Assembly: GCF_963921235.1 (NCBI RefSeq)
Contig: NC_086101.1
Span: 109,926,001-109,990,000 of the forward strand
Length of the DNA stretch: 64,000 bases
DNA from: Mobula hypostoma
Lineage: Eukaryota
Reading direction: 5' to 3'
Numbering within the stretch: the stretch's first letter is position 1; the number at the start of each line of letters is the position of its first letter. The notes beneath the pieces were generated by a model. It saw nothing but the letters and a program-made list of their open reading frames with translations. It did not search any database and was not told where the DNA came from. Made by a program: the position numbers and the translations under genes. Shown here one piece after another: positions 47,787 to 61,334 of this stretch.

Positions 47787-48466
47787 GAGGGGAGAAGATG
47801 GCGGCGCGACGTAGCGCATGCGGCCGCTCTGAATTGGTATCGTATTTGTTAAATAGGGGCTGTGCACAATCCTGATTTGATGGAGACAGATGTGAAGAAG
47901 CACGGAGAAACTTCTGAAATGCCTGCTTCGCTGACACTGCTACTATGCGATCGAGAATCTCTGGAGGGGAAGGCCCCAAATCCTCGGCTTTGCCTATTGT
48001 CTATTGCTGGGGCCAGGGTCGAAGCGTTCGGCAGAGATGGTGCTTGGTGCTCGTGTCAGAGGGCTGGTCAGAGGCTAGAAGTTTTCGGACGGACTCAGAG
48101 TCGGACTGTGGTTGGGTGCTACCAGGATGCTGCATCGGCAAGTTTGCGGCGCTAGAAGCTCATGGCAGGGAGAGTTTCTCCCTTCAACCATTTGCGTGAG
48201 ATTATGGGACTTTCGAGAGACTTTGAGACTTTTTTTTTACCGTGCCCATGGTCTGTTCTTCATTAAATTACGGTATTGCTTTGCACTGTTGTAACTATAC
48301 GTTATAATTATGTGGTTTTTGTCAGTTTTTTTAGTCTTGGTTTGTCCTGTGTTTCTGTGATCTCATTCTGGAGGAAGTAATTGTATCATTTCTTAATGCA
48401 TGCATTACTAAATGACAATAAAAGAAGACTGCATGTCCTCATAATGTAATGTAATCTAATCTAATC
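47787..48466 (+). mobile_element. Short non-coding retroposon (AAGATGGCGGC head, (TAATC)n tail), copy 1
   Basis: Homologous along its length to the reverse complement of 49787-50425. Confidence 0.8.
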
Positions 48467-49527
48467 TCTCTGGAAAGTTTTTCTCTGTATCTCGGTACAA
48501 TAATCTGATTTGCCATTGTACTTATCTGTCCAAACAGGTAGCTTCATGGTAGTGGTCATAAGGTGACTTGGATCACTGGCATTTAATCTTCCCACCTTCC
48601 CAAATGTTAGCGACTAAGTGCAAAACCAAAGTTTCTGTGCTGCGTGGATGTGTCCTTGGGTCTTTGAGCACTACCTATAACAGGTGCATTATCCTTAGGT
48701 CCTTGGTTTAGACCGTAAGACATAGGAGCAGAATTAGTCCATTTGGCCCATCGAGCCTGCTCCGCCATTTCACCATGGCTGATCTATTTCTCTCTCGCCC
48801 CATTCTCCTGTATTCTCCCCATAACCATTGACGCCCTGACTAATCGAGAATCTATCACCTCTGCTTCAAATATGTCCAATGGTTTGGCCTCCACAGCTGT
48901 CTGTGGCAATGAATTCCACAGATCCACCACTCACTAGCTAAAGGAATTCTTCCTCATCACTGTTCTCTAGGGACATCCCTCTTTTCTGAGACTGTGCCCT
49001 CTGGTCCTAGACTCCCCCATTATTAGAAACATCCACTCTATATAGGCCTTTCAATATCCGATATTCATTTTTCTAAACTCCAGTGAGTACAGGCCATCAA
49101 ATGCTTCTCGTACATTAACAGTTTGATTCCCAGAATCATTCTCGTGAACTTCCTCTAGACCATCTCCAATGCTAGCACATCCTTTCTTAGATAAGGTGTG
49201 CAACATTGCTCACAATACTCCAAGTGTGGCTTGGCCTATGCCTTATAAAGATTCAGCAATACATCTTTGCTTTTGTATTCTGACCCTCTTGAAATGAATG
49301 CCAATGATTGTCTGACTCAGCACCGTTGCAGGGTGTGGGAACCCGTGGCCTTGCAGGTCAGACTCCAGAAATCCCTGACCTATGAGGCCTGTGGGGGGAT
49401 TTCACTGTCAGTTGAATTCTGGTTCATATTTAAATGTAAAACAGAATAAAATAGGTGAAAAAAGAATAAGGGACTGTACTTTAAAGCATCTACGATCTTA
49501 GAAATACGCTGTGGATCTTTATGGTAG

Positions 49528-49615
49528 GTATTGCAGGCACAGCTGGCAGGATACAAGGCTGCAATTGTGCACAATGTGGAATCAGACAAACTACTCAGCA
49601 TGCGCTGGAGCAGTG
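49528..49615 (+). CDS. RNF167: RNF167 (PA-TM-RING E3 ligase) PA-domain exon [29 protein letters not shown]
   Basis: ggtag| acceptor, G|GTGAGT donor, 88 nt, phase 0-1; matches recalled human RNF167 [29 protein letters not shown]. Confidence 0.85.
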
Positions 49616-49786
49616 GTGAGTTTCAACACTATAACTGAAACAAGATGTTGCTGATACTACCACTTCTAGTGAATGATCTCTGACGTACATAATGAGCGGG
49701 AGATAGCTTTGACTCATGTCATTCTACAGACGTGCAGTAGAGAGCATCCTAACATGCTGCATCACTGCATGGTAATAAAGCGGTCT

Positions 49787-50425
49787 ATTAGATTAGATTA
49801 GATTATTAGATTATGAGGACACGCAGTCCTCTTTTATTGTCATTTAGTAACGCATGCATTAAGAAATGATACGATGTTCCTCCAGGATGATATCACAGAA
49901 ACACAAGACAGGCCAAGACTAAAAAAACTGACAAAAACCATATAATTATAACATATAGTTACAACAGTGCAAAGCAATACCGTAATTTGATGAAGAACAG
50001 ACCATGGGCACGGTAAAAAAAGTCTCAAAGCCTCTCGCAAGTCCCATCATCTCACGCAGACGGTTGAAGGGAGAAACTCTCCCTGCCATGAGCTTCCAGC
50101 GCCGCAAACTTGCCGATGCAGCATCCTGGAAGCACCCGACCACAGTCTGACTCTGAGTCCGTCCGTAAACTTCGAGCCTCCGATCAGCTCTCCGACACCG
50201 AGCACCGAGCACCATCTCTGCCAAGCGCTTCAACCCCGGCCCCGGCAACAGGCAATAGCAAAGCCGAGGATTTAGGGACTTCCCCTCCGGAGATTCTCGA
50301 TCGCACAGTAGCAGCGGCAGCGAAGCAGGCATTTCAGAAGTTTCTCCAGATGTTCCTCTGTGCTTCTCACATCCGTCTTCGGAGCGGCCACGCGCGCTTC
50401 GTCGCGCTGCCATCTTCTCCTCCCC
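49787..50425 (-). mobile_element. Short non-coding retroposon, copy 2 (inverted relative to copy 1)
   Basis: Same head and tail; lacks about 50 bp of the 5' part present in copy 1. Confidence 0.8.
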
Positions 50426-51195
50426 TTCTGTGTCACTGGCAGTGAGCTCCCAATCTGTAGCCACCTGCACACTGCTGTTCAGCACCAGATCCTCAAGACT
50501 TTTGACTTGACCTGTAGATAAAGCACTTTTAAAACACAGGACAGTACAGCGCAGTACAGGCCCTTCAGCCCACAATGTTGTGCCAGCCCATTAACCTACT
50601 CCAAGACCAATCTCTTCCGTCCCTCCCACATGGCCCTCCATTTTTCTTTCATCCATGTGCTTTAATCCGTTGTGGAAAGCAAAGGAAGAGATTGGTGGGG
50701 CCCTGGCAGAGGCCTTGAACTCCACGCAATCTTTCCTTGTAACTCAAACCCTCCAGTGCAGACAACATTCCTGCAGATCTGTTCTGCATCCTCTCGAGCT
50801 TGACCACATCCTCTCACTATTGTGTTGACCTGAATTGCACACAATACTAGAAGACTGGTGAGTGGCTTATGTTGTGCTTTATGTAGGAACAGTTGCAAGA
50901 ACAAGACAGGGAACTATATGCCTTGTGGTGGGAAAGTTACTAGAATCGATTGTGAGGGATGGGATGTATTTGCATTTGGAAAGGCAGGGACTGATTAAAG
51001 ATAGTCAGCTGGCTTTGTTCATGGGAGATCAAGCCCAGTGAATTAGACTGAGTTTTTCCAAAAAGGATTACTAAGGCCAGTGGACATTGTTCATGATTCA
51101 AGTTTATTTGTCACCGTACGTTGCCACATACAGTGAAATGCATTGTTTGCATGAACAGCCAACACATCTGAGGATGGGCTGAGGATAGCCTGTAA

Positions 51196-51661
51196 AGCCC
51201 AATTTATACTTCTGCGTCAAATGTACGCCATAGGTACCGTGCACCCTACGCCGTAGGGTGACATGCACCTCCCCAAAAATGTAACTCACGCGTCGCGGCG
51301 ACACAGACCGCAACAACTGTGATTGGTCCGCTTGGTAGCATCGCATTTCCTCCTACGCATTTACGGTTGCTTTTCTCGGCCATGTCTGTACACGAATGCG
51401 AAATAAATGGTTGGAGACGATGAACCAAATCGTCAAATCTACCTGCCGACATCCAAAAATATTTGAAATGCATTTCCTCGTCCATTTCTCTCACAAAGAA
51501 ACTCAACACAATGGCATAGAAAACCCACTGCCAACCAGCATTTTGGTGGTGAATTGCAGAGCAATGCTGACACAACTACGCATGCTCGCTACGGCGTAGG
51601 GCTATGCAAAAGTATAAATTAGGCTATGGCGTAGCCCATACGCACAAGTATAAATCAGCCT
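51196..51661 (-). mobile_element. PIF/Harbinger deletion derivative
   Basis: 22-bp imperfect TIRs (AGCCCAATTTATACTTCTGCGT / ACGCACAAGTATAAATCAGCCT), TAA TSD, transposase remnant [27 protein letters not shown]; an extra partial TIR at ~51611-51625. Confidence 0.8.
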
Positions 51662-54071
51662 TAAGTGTCGCTGCACATTGTTCAGTAGAACAACACAGAA
51701 TGCAACAAGCAACAAAGCCACAACAGTAAAAAATGAGCCCAGTTCCTCCTTCCCAGACTAGGATATATTTGCTCCTTTAGCTCCAGGACATGCCTCCAGG
51801 AAACACGGATTCAGCCTGCAGATATTGGGCTTTGATTTCCCAGGCAGACTCATGGAGATTCGTAGGCTCGGCTCTCGCCAGTGGGCCTTGACTTCCGGAC
51901 TTGTTATTCATCCACAGGCCTGGTCCTAGGACACGCCAAACACCAGACCCTGAAATCCAAAATTGCGGATGGCAGGGACCCAAACACTAGTCCTTGAACT
52001 CCAGTCTCACCTTCTTACAAACCCAGGGGTTCCTCCTGCCCGCATGGAGATCCGACTCTGGAACCTGCTGACGACTCACTGATCCGGGGCTGCCAGGCAT
52101 CCAGTATCTGACCACAGACGTCCAATATCTGTGTTGCTGGCCTTCGAAGGCAGATCAGAGACTTGGACTCTGCCTGACCTCTAATTCCCCCATATCCCAG
52201 TCCTTAGAACCCTAAACTTATCACGACTCCCCTCTCGTCCCCAAAACTATCCTTACGAAGCTAAAATATAATTAAAAATTACACAGTTATTAAACAGCTA
52301 ATTCTGAGCTGTGGTTAAAGTAGTTTAAGGTTCAAGTAGTACAAAGACTTTAACAAGTTGTTTGATAAGGCCCGGTTTGGTAGGGTGGACAGGAGGTTAG
52401 CGTACATGGGATCCAGGATATACAGCAAATTAGATTGGTATTAAGAGGCAGCATTTGGTGGGGGGGGGGGGTGCTTTTCAGATTAGAGACTTTAACCAGT
52501 GATGTGCCATGGGGATCAGTACTGAATCCTTTATTGTTTTTTGGAGTGAAAGTAGGTGGTGCGATTAGAAACTTTTCAGATGACACCAGAATTGGTTGCA
52601 AAGTGACAGTGAAGGTTATTTCAGGGTGCAACAGGATCTAAATGAATTGAGAAAGTGGATCAAGGAATGACAGATGGAATTTAACTCAGACTCGTCCAAA
52701 GTAGTGCATTTGGGAAGTTAAACTAGACTATGACAGACAAGATTCCTGGGGAGTGTTATTGAGCTGTGCATCCGAAGTAGTGCAATCTCTCAAATTGAGT
52801 ATGATGTTCTCCTATACGGGGTTATTCCCTTAAAGGAGAATGCCACTGCATGACTTCGTTTAGCATGGGGAGGTTGATGCTCAGGCAGCCACCACACAGT
52901 CCTTGACGGATCAGGGTCAGGGTCCAGTGGCATGGAGTGCAAGACTACTGAGGACCCTTCACTGCTGCAGCTTTTCTTCGCTCCCATCGTGATGTGTTAC
53001 TATCTTTCGCCACCTCCACTGCTGAGGTCTTGGTTGAATTGCTCTTTGTCTGGTTCCTCCCCCTTGACCCTCCTGGAGCTAAGCTCCAAACAGCATTGCC
53101 CTTGGGGTCTCAGCAACTCACAAGCCTCTCCGCCATGACAAGGTGACGATCCTCGGAGTGGGCAAATACATAGTTCCTTGAAAGTGGTGACTTGGGTAGA
53201 GGGTATGGTGAAGAAGGACTCTGGTATTCTTTCTTCAGTGGCTGAGGCATTGAGTATGGGAATTGAGATGTCAGTTGACAGCTGTACAAATCACCTGGCC
53301 CATTGTGTGCAATTCAGGTTACCACACTACAGGAAGGATGTGATTAAGCTCGAGAGGAAGCACAACAGATCACAGGAGATTCATGGGCCTGCACTGGAGG
53401 GTTTGAGTTGCAAGGAAAGATTGGATTGTATAGGCTGAGACTGTTTTCCCTACAGCATTAAAGGCTGAGGGTTAACTTTATAGAAGTTTATAGAATTATG
53501 AGGGACATAGATATGGTAGTCTTTATCCCAGGGTAGAGAAGTCGCGTATAAGAGGGTTTAGATTTAAGGTGAGAGAACAAAGATTTAAAAGGGATCTGAG
53601 GGACAATTTTTCTTTGACACAGATGTGGTGTTTATGTGGAAAGAACTGGTAGAAGAAGTGGTAGAGACAGGTGCAATTACAATGTTTAGAAGCCAGTGGG
53701 ACAGAAACATGGATAGGAATGAAGGATATAGGCCAAATGCAAGCAAATGGGATCAGCAAAGATAGATATTTTGGTTGGCATGGACTAGATGGGCTGAAGA
53801 GCCTGTTTGCATTGATTTGTAACTCCAGGAATCTATAATGTCAGGGTCTGGGAATGGCTTTGCAGCCAAAAGCTGGTGCTGGTTGGTATGGTGCCAATTA
53901 AAGTGTTCTTAAAGCAGAGATTCCTAACCTGGGGTCCACAGACCCCTTGATTAATGGTAAGGGTCCATGGCATAAAAAAGGTTGGGAATCCCTGCCTTAA
54001 AGTGTGCTTCCTTAAGCTCTGTCTGTGGAAGAAACTTACAGAATCCATTGCCGATGTTTTTAATTTTGCAG

Positions 54072-54162
54072 AGGAAATCAAACGTCAGATCACAATCCCA
54101 TCGGTGTTCATAGGGACCCATGCCTCTCAGTACCTGAGGTCTTTGTTCACTTACGACAAGGG
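54072..54162 (+). CDS. RNF167: RNF167 PA-domain exon [31 protein letters not shown]
   Basis: ttttgcag| acceptor, GG|GTAAGT donor, 91 nt, phase 1-2, in frame with 49528-49615; matches RNF167 [31 protein letters not shown] better than RNF13. Confidence 0.88.
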
Positions 54163-54879
54163 GTAAGTGCATAATGTGTTTGTTTAACAATAAACTTCAC
54201 ACACCGAGTAAATCCAAATCAATTTATTATAAGTACATGTATAAGCAGCCCTTGAGATTAATTTTCTTGCGGCATTCACAGTAAATAAAAACAAAATAAT
54301 AATAATAATAATAATGATAAATAAATAAACAATAAATAACAAGAACATGGGATGAAGAGTCATTGAAAGTGAGTTTATAGATTGTGGGAACAGTTCAGTG
54401 TTGGGGTGAGTGAAGTTATCCCCTCAGGGGTTCAAGAGCCTGTTGTCTGAGGATGACTGGACCTGAACCTTGTGGTGTGGGTCCTGAGACTTCCGTACTT
54501 CCTTCATGATGAAGCGAGTCTTCCTGCGACAGCACTCCGTGTACATGTGCTCAGTGTTGGGGAGGGCTTTACCCAAGATAGACTGGGCTGTATCCACTAT
54601 TTTCTGTAGGCTTTTCTGTTCATGGGCATTGGTGTTTTCATATCAGGCCACAGATTCTTTTTAAATCTTTCTTCTCACCTTAAATCTTTGCCCTCTAATA
54701 TTCGACTCCCTTACCCTGGGATAAAGACTATCTATAGTGTGGCCCAAAACATTGTTTGTTCACTCTTTTCCATAGATGTTACCTGGCCTGCTGAGTTGGT
54801 CCGGCATTTTGTGTGTGTTGCTTGGATTTCCAGCATCTGCAGATTTCCCTTTGTTCGTGACTGAACCAGGTTGCACAAC

Positions 54880-55350
54880 CAAGTTTCAGGAATTGTGTAC
54901 AGGAACATCTGTGCTGAGTATGGACTGGACACTCCCAAGTCCAAATGGGAAACACCCGCAAAGGTAGTGGAGAAGGACAGAGCGAAGATCCTGTGGGACT
55001 TCCAAATACAGACTGACGAGTAGGTACTGGCCAACCAACTAGACATAGTCATTATGGACACGGAACAGAAGAAAGCAAAAGTAATAGATGTGGCGGTTTC
55101 AAATGGTAGTAACATCAGGAAGAAAGAATATGAGAAGCTGGAGAAATAGCAGGGCTTGAAAGAGCAGATAGAGAGGATGTGGAAGGTTAAAGCCAGAGTA
55201 ATGCCAGTGGTGATAGAAACACTTGGAGCTGTACACCTGGACAAGAAGAGTGACTCCAACAAATCCTGGGAGCAACATCTGAGATCTCGGTCCAGATGAG
55301 TGCGCTATGAGGAACAGCAAGGATACGAGACCTCTGGAGGAGGACCTGAG
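54880..55350 (+). mobile_element. R4/Dong-type LINE, restriction-like endonuclease C-terminus
   Basis: KILWDFQIQTD...NQLDIV...VIDVAV...KEYEKLEK...MWKVKARVMPVVI..LG with stops. Confidence 0.75.
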
Positions 55351-56329
55351 ATTGAGGGAAAAATACACATACACACCACCCATAAAGGGTGAGATTCCTA
55401 TATAGTATATATAGTAGTTAAATAAGTAGTGCAAAAATGTATATATAACAGTAGTGAGGTAACGTTCATGGGTTCAATGTCCATTCAGAAATCGGATGGC
55501 ATAGGGGAAGCCATTCTTGAATCATTGGGTATCTTCAGGCTCCTGTACGTCCTTCCCGATGGTAGCAATGAGAAGAGGGCATGATCTGGGTGATGGGGGT
55601 TCTTAATGATGGATGCCTCCATTTTGAGGCATTGTCCTTGAAGATGTCTTAGATATGATCTTGTTTTTGATATGCCTAATATTCTGACTACTCATTCCAT
55701 CTTGTAGACTTCTGTCTGGTCACCCCTCAGCCTCCTTCGTTACAGGGAAAATTACCTCGGCCAATCCCATTCCTCCAAACCAGTCATCACCTTGATGAAT
55801 CTCCTCAGTACACTCTTTCTAGCACAACCACGTTCTTGCAATGATTGGGTGACAAGTTCTGCAGATAATACTCTGAAGCCACAGTGGCATCGCAGTTAAC
55901 CCTGCGCTACTCTTGCTTGGTGCAACTGTAACGAAACCCAAATTCCCTCGGGATCAATAAAGTATGTCTATCTATCCATTACTGCTCGGGGTGCCGGAGT
56001 TCAGAGTTCAGTTCTGGCGGTGTCTCTTAAGGCGTCTGTATGTCCTCCTCTGGAATGCATGTGTTTCCTTTGGGTGCTCTGGTTTCCTCCCGCATTCAAA
56101 GATGTGCCAGTGAGTAGGTTAATTGATCATTCTAAATTGTCCTATGATAAGGTTAGGGTTAATTTGGGGTTGCTGGGTGCAATGTGGTTCAAAGGACCAG
56201 AAGGGCCTATTCCATACAGCATCTCAATTGATAGACAGATAGACAGACAGATGCCTAACCAGTGTTGTATAAATTTGCTATATCCCAGCTCTTATATTCA
56301 AGTTCAAGTTTATTGTCACTCAACCATAC

Positions 56330-57110
56330 ACATACACAGTTAAACAAAACAGCATTGCTCTGGAACCAAGGTGCAAAAAGCAGTGCATGCAACATATAAA
56401 ATAATATTTAAACAATAATAATAACAGATATTAAAAAATTCTGTTGATGTACAGATTGGCATAAAGTGCATATTCGACATACAGTTAACTATACAAAAGT
56501 ATAATGCTACTGGCGCTGTGATAAATAGTGGTAGCAGGGGGCTCAGAAGTCTCACCAGCCTGGGGAAGAAGCTGTTACCCAGCCTAACAGTCCTTGTTCT
56601 TATACTGTGGTACCTTCTGCCTGACAGTAGGAGATCAAAGAGATTGTGAGATGGATGTGGGGGGAGAGAGGCCTCAGTGATTCTCTCAGCAGTCCTCACA
56701 ATCCATTGTAGGGTTTTGTGGTCAGATACCTTGTTATTCCTATACCAGACGGTGATACAGCTGGTCATGACATGCGTTGATGCTCAAGTAGAATGTGTTT
56801 AGAATGGGGCTGGAGAGCTTTGCTTTCCTCAATCTCCCTGGAGTGAAGGCGTTGCTGTGCTTTCTAGACTGGAAAGGTGGTGTTGAGGCATCAAGTGAGA
56901 TCATCTGTGATGTGAACTCTAAGAAACTTGTTAATCCTGCCTCATTCCACAGAGGAGTGGTCAGCCTGCACCTTCCTGACATCCACAATCATCTCTTCAG
57001 TCTTGTCCATATTGTTGTGTTTGCACCCATCCATAAGCTGTTCTACTTCCTCTCTGTACGCCAACTCATCATTGTTGTTGATGAGGCCAGCCACTGTTAC
57101 ATCTGCAGCA
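56330..57110 (-). mobile_element. Rex1/Babar LINE 3' fragment
   Basis: CITVWY...LQWIVRTAERI...HPSHNLFDLL.SGRRY.SIRTRT.RLGNSFFP. Confidence 0.8.
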
Positions 57111-57119
57111 AACTTAATA

Positions 57120-58140
57120 AGACCATAGATATAGGAGCAGAACTAGGCCATTTGACCCATTGAGTCTATTCCGCCATTTCATCATGTCTGAAGCAACTTT
57201 CCTCTCAACCCCAATCCACTGCCTCTACTCCCCCCCTCCATATCCCTTCATGCTGTGACCAATCTAGAATCTATCAATCTCTGCCTTAAATATACATAAT
57301 GATTTGGTCTCCATGGCTGCCTGTGGCAACGACTTCCACAGATTCACCACTCTCTGGCTAAAGAAATTCCTCCTATCTTTGTTCTAAAGGGACACCCCTC
57401 TATTCTGAGGCTGTGTCCCCTGGTTTTAGACTCTTTCACCATAAGAGATATCCTCTCCACATCCACTCTATCGACACCTTTCACCATTCAATAGGTTCAA
57501 TGAGCTCACCTCTCATTCTTCTACATTCTAGTGAATACAGGCCCAGAGCCATCAAATGCTCTTCATATGCCAAGCCATTCAATCTTGGAATCATTTTGGT
57601 GAACCTCCTTTGAACCCACTCCAGTTTCAGCACATCCTTTCTAAGATAAGTGACCCAAAACTGCTCACAATACTCCAAGTGAGGCCTCATCAGTGCTGTA
57701 TAAAGTCTCAACATTACATCCTTCTAGTTCTCTTGAAATAAATGCTAACATTGCATTTGCCTTCCTCGCCACAGACTCAACCTGAAAATTAACATTTAGA
57801 GAATCCTGCACAAAGACTCGCAAGTCCCTTTGTGCCTCAGAGTTTTGTATTTTCTCTCCATTAGAAAAGTCACCTTTTCATTTCTTCTACCAAAGTGCCT
57901 ATCCATACACTTCCCAACACTGTATTCTATCTGCCACTTCTTTGTCCATTCTCCTAATCTGTCTGGGTCTGTCTAGCCTCTCTACTTCCTCAAAATTATC
58001 TGCCACTCCACCTATCTTTGTATTGTCTACAAACTTTGCAACAAAGCCATCAAATTCCATCATCCAAATCATTGGCATATAATATAAAATGCATCAGTTT
58101 CAACACAGACCCCTGTGGAACACAACTAGTCACTGCAGCC
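57120..58140 (-). mobile_element. CR1 RT 3' fragment and tail
   Basis: LYTALMRPHLEYCEQFW...RRMRGELIE; CVPQGSVL..YANDLD. Confidence 0.85.
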
Positions 58141-59809
58141 AACCAGAAAAGGCTCCCTTTATTCCCTGACCTGCTGAGTTCCTCCAGCATTTTGTGTGTG
58201 TTGCTTGGATTTGCAGCATCTGGAGATTTTCTTTTGTTTCTCCTTTGTCTCAAACCACATTGTGTTCCAGTCTCTAATAGTAGCTTGCCATATTCATCAT
58301 CCTTCACCCCATCCCTCTGCAGTGTCACTTTCATGGAGCTGTGGATTTTGACCCCTAGGCCTCTCTATTCATCAATAAAATGAATATTATCTGCTTACCA
58401 ATGGTCTATCAAACTTCCCATCAGCTTTATATCCAGATGTGGGCCTGGGTAAGCTCTGGTGCAATTCACACTACCACCAATTTCCATGCCATCCATATCG
58501 TTGCTCTTTTTTTTTTCCTACATCTATAGCAGGTTGTTATGTATATCACCAACAGCAAAGGCCTCAGAACTGAAGTCCTCGATGTCACCACTAGTCACAG
58601 ACTTCCAATCAGAAGAAAATCCTTTCTCCACTATGTATGCTTCTTAAAATACCTTCAGTGATCCAGTCTCTATAACCCTCTGGGGAAGAAATTTATAGAG
58701 ATTCACCAAAATTCTAAGCTTAAGGTAAAATTTATTATCAGAACACATACATGTCACCACATACAACCCTAAAATTCTTTTTTGACACCCTCTGCAAAAA
58801 GAAATTCTTAAATCCCTCAGTCTCCAATGACTAGCTGCTTATTTTGCATCTATGTTCCCTCATTGAAAATTTCAACACATGTGAAAACATCTCAGCATAT
58901 GCCTTAGGATCTCAGTGGGTTTCAATAAGATCCTCCCAGGTTATGACAGGTTCCTGTCAGTTCAGGGTACTGCTGATTGAAGTTATCCATGCCAGTTCAG
59001 GATCTTGATGCTTGTAGAGTAGTAGCTGTTCCTAAGTGAGGTGGTGTGGGACTTAAGGCTCCTAAACCTCTTTCCTGATAGTGGTAGAGAGAACAGGATG
59101 ATGGGGATCCCTGACGTTGGATGCTTCTTTCTTGTAGCAGCGCTCCATGTACATATACTCTATGGTGGGGTGGGATTTTCCTGTCTAGGCTGTATTTACC
59201 GCCTTTCTAGAGCTTTTGCCATTCCTGGACAAGTTTCCATGGTTCCCATGTGTCTTAATCTTCAATGAGGAACCTTGTCAAAAGCTTTGTCATGCCCTCA
59301 TCAATTACCCTGTCAAAATATACAATCAAGTTTGAGAGACATGACTTCCCCTCCTCAAAGCCATGCTGACAATCCCTGTTAAGTCTATGCTTTCCCAGAT
59401 CTGAGTAGTTCCTATCTTTAAGAATATCTTCCAATAATTTCTCTACAACTGCTGTAAGGCTCAGCTGCTTATAATTTTGTGGTTTGTTTCTATTGCCCTT
59501 CTGTCTATTCTCCAGTCTGCTGGGACCTCACCTGTAAAGAGGATATAAAGATCTCTACCAAAGTCCCAGCAGTCTCCTGTGTTGTTTCTCTCAATAGCTT
59601 GGGATAGATCCTGTCAGGCCTTTGCATCCATACTAACTTCAAAGTTCAAATTAAATATGTTCTCAAATAACATACATGTTACCATATACCAACTTGAGAT
59701 TCAGGTTCATGTAGATGTTCATAGTAGAACAAAGTAATATATAAAATTTTACACTTTAAATAGAGTCATAGAACACTACAGCAAAGAAAGAAACATTTTA
59801 GATTAGATT

Positions 59810-61331
59810 AGATTCAGCTTTATTGTCATTGTACAGAGTACGGATACAAAGCCAATGAAATGCAGTTAGCATCTAACCAGAAATGCAAAGAATAGTATTA
59901 TTTACAAAATAACTGCAAACAAAAAGTAAGTGCTACAGCACACAAATATAAAAGTACTGAGATAGTACAATATTAGCGCAATACTGCTTAGCACTGTGAT
60001 GTGAGGTTCAGCAGGGTCACAGCCTCAGGGAAGAAGCTCTTCCTGTGCCTGCTGGTGCGGGAGCAGAGGCTCCTGTAGCGTCTACCAGATGGGAGGAGAG
60101 TGAAAAGTCCATGGTTAGGGTGAGATGCATCCCTGATAATTCTTTTCACCCTGCCCAGGCAGTGTTTATAGTAGATGTTCTCAATGGTGGGCAATTGGAT
60201 GCCGACAATCTGCTGGACGGTTTTCACAACACGCTGGAATGCTTTGCGGTCCAATACAGGACAATTGCCATACCACACTGAGATGCAGTTGGTGAGTATG
60301 CTCTCAATGGTACAGTGGTAAAAGTCCGTCAGTATCCTGGGACAGAGGTGAGCTTTCTTGATGCTCCGCAGGAAATAAAGACGCTGTTGCGCCTTTTTGA
60401 TCAGGATGGAGGAGTTCAGGGACCAGGTAAGATCCTCAGAAATGTGGACACCAAGGAATTTGAAGCTTGATACATGCTCCACTACAGCTCTGTTGATGTA
60501 GATGGGGACGTGAGTGTGGCTCCTAGCATGCCTGAAGTCCACAATGATCTCCTTGGTCTTCTGGGTGTTAAGGGCCAGGTTGTTGTCGGCACACCATGCA
60601 GCCTCGTCCCTGTGGGCCATCTTGTCATCCCCTCTGATCAGGCCAACCACCGTGGTGTCGTCTGCGAACTTGATAATGGAGTTAGAACCACGTACGGGAA
60701 TGCAGTCATAGGTGAAAAGGGAGTACAGAAGAGGGCTCAGCACACAGCCTTGAGGCACGCCGGTGTTCAGGGTGAGAGTGGAGGAGGAGAGGTTGTCTAA
60801 CTTAACTGATTGGGGTCTGTTAGTCAGAAAGTCCAAGGTCCAATTGCAGAGTGATACACTGATACCAAGCTGGCGAAGTTTGGCGATCAGCTTGGAGGAG
60901 CTCACGGTATTGAATGCCGAACTAAAGTCAATGAACAGCATTCTGATGCAAGAGTTGGGGCTGTCCAGGTGGGTCAGGGCAGAGTGAAGTGCCGTGGAGA
61001 TGGCATCCTCTGTTGACCTGTTGGTGCGATAGGTAAATTGATGAGGGTCCAGGGTAGAGGGCAGACAGGATTTCAGATGTGATAGAACCAGTCTCTCAAA
61101 GCACTTTGCAATGATGGGGGTGAGTGCAACTGGGCGGAAGTCATTCAGGCCCGTGGCAGTGGAATGCTTCGGCGCTGGCATGATGGTGGTGATCTTGAAG
61201 CTTGTGGGGACAACTGCCTGGGCCAGGGACAGATTAAAAATGTCCGTGAAGACCCCGGCCAACTGCCCTGCACAGACTCTGAGCACACGGCCGGGTATTC
61301 CATCCGGACCAGCTGCCTTCCGTACATTCAC
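59810..61331 (-). mobile_element. Rex1/Babar LINE, 5'-truncated, with an open 447-aa RT ORF (59988-61331)
   Basis: [56 protein letters not shown]. Confidence 0.95.
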
Positions 61332-61334
61332 CCT

